In this document: positions 63,882-64,000 of the stretch, in pieces
Layout: each line of letters starts with the position of its first letter
Numbering within the stretch: position 1 is the first letter of the stretch
Origin: an uncultured candidatus Porisulfidus sp.
GTDB lineage: Bacteria > Pseudomonadota > Gammaproteobacteria > Poriferisulfidales > Poriferisulfidaceae
NCBI GenBank assembly: GCA_965199755.1
Contig: CBDASZ010000002.1
Coordinates: 96,001-160,000 of the forward strand
Direction of reading: 5' to 3'
Length of the DNA stretch: 64,000 bases
The notes under the pieces: model-generated
Database searches by the model: none
Told to the model about the DNA's origin: nothing
Seen by the model: only the letters and a program-made list of their open reading frames with translations
Position numbers and translations under genes: made by a program

Positions 63882-64000
63882 AACGCAATACCTCCGCGTT
63901 GATTATTAACTTGGTATGAAACAGCACGACGCACCCCTTTTGTACCTTGAGCGATAATCTCCAATGCTGCTTCTATTTCGAATTCCGTAGTGAATCTGCC
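63878..64000 (-). CDS. C-terminal 40 aa of a probable cysteine desulfurase (IscS/DndA-like), partial
   Basis: Manual translation GRFTTEFEIEAALEIIAQGTKGVRRAVSYQVNNQRGGIAL* resembles the GRFTTEEEID helix ending IscS-family enzymes. TGA overlaps the DUF262 ATG. Confidence 0.68.
   Translation of the reverse strand, partial: GRFTTEFEIEAALEIIAQGTKGVRRAVSYQVNNQRGGIAL

Overview
GC-rich gammaproteobacterial chromosome segment that is mostly housekeeping: smc (partial)-queF-cysZ, der-bamB-yfgM-hisS-ndk, groESL, purH, nrdAB, cca-uppP-folM-folK-folB, pmbA-tldD, xseA, an M16 peptidase pair-rsmD, hemH, argA, amidase-tsaE-nnr, mreBCD, rnd and five tRNAs. Several genes hint at sulfur metabolism (rhodanese, ETHE1-type persulfide dioxygenase, SulP, CysZ), and there is an orphan CbbO/NorD-like VWA protein. 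Highlights: (1) an AT-rich island at the right edge where the C-terminus of a cysteine desulfurase (IscS/DndA-like, missed by the ORF track) overlaps the start of a DUF262-HNH gene, suggesting a phosphorothioate-type defence locus beside a tRNA cluster; (2) a 34.4-37.6 kb islet with an ISL3 scar, a collapsed autotransporter-like relic and a Dam-family methyltransferase carrying a G16 tract in motif I, coupled to a PD-(D/E)XK nuclease (candidate phase-variable R-M system); (3) an unannotated twin-hairpin RNA whose two loops both begin with the anti-Shine-Dalgarno sequence ACCUCC; (4) a cysZ triplication with two pseudogenes; (5) a DUF971-ubiquitin-like fusion without the terminal GG, divergent from the VWA gene; (6) an unusually diverged MreB, with rodZ and mrdA/rodA absent from their usual loci. 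All calls come from reading motifs by eye; no database searches were run.
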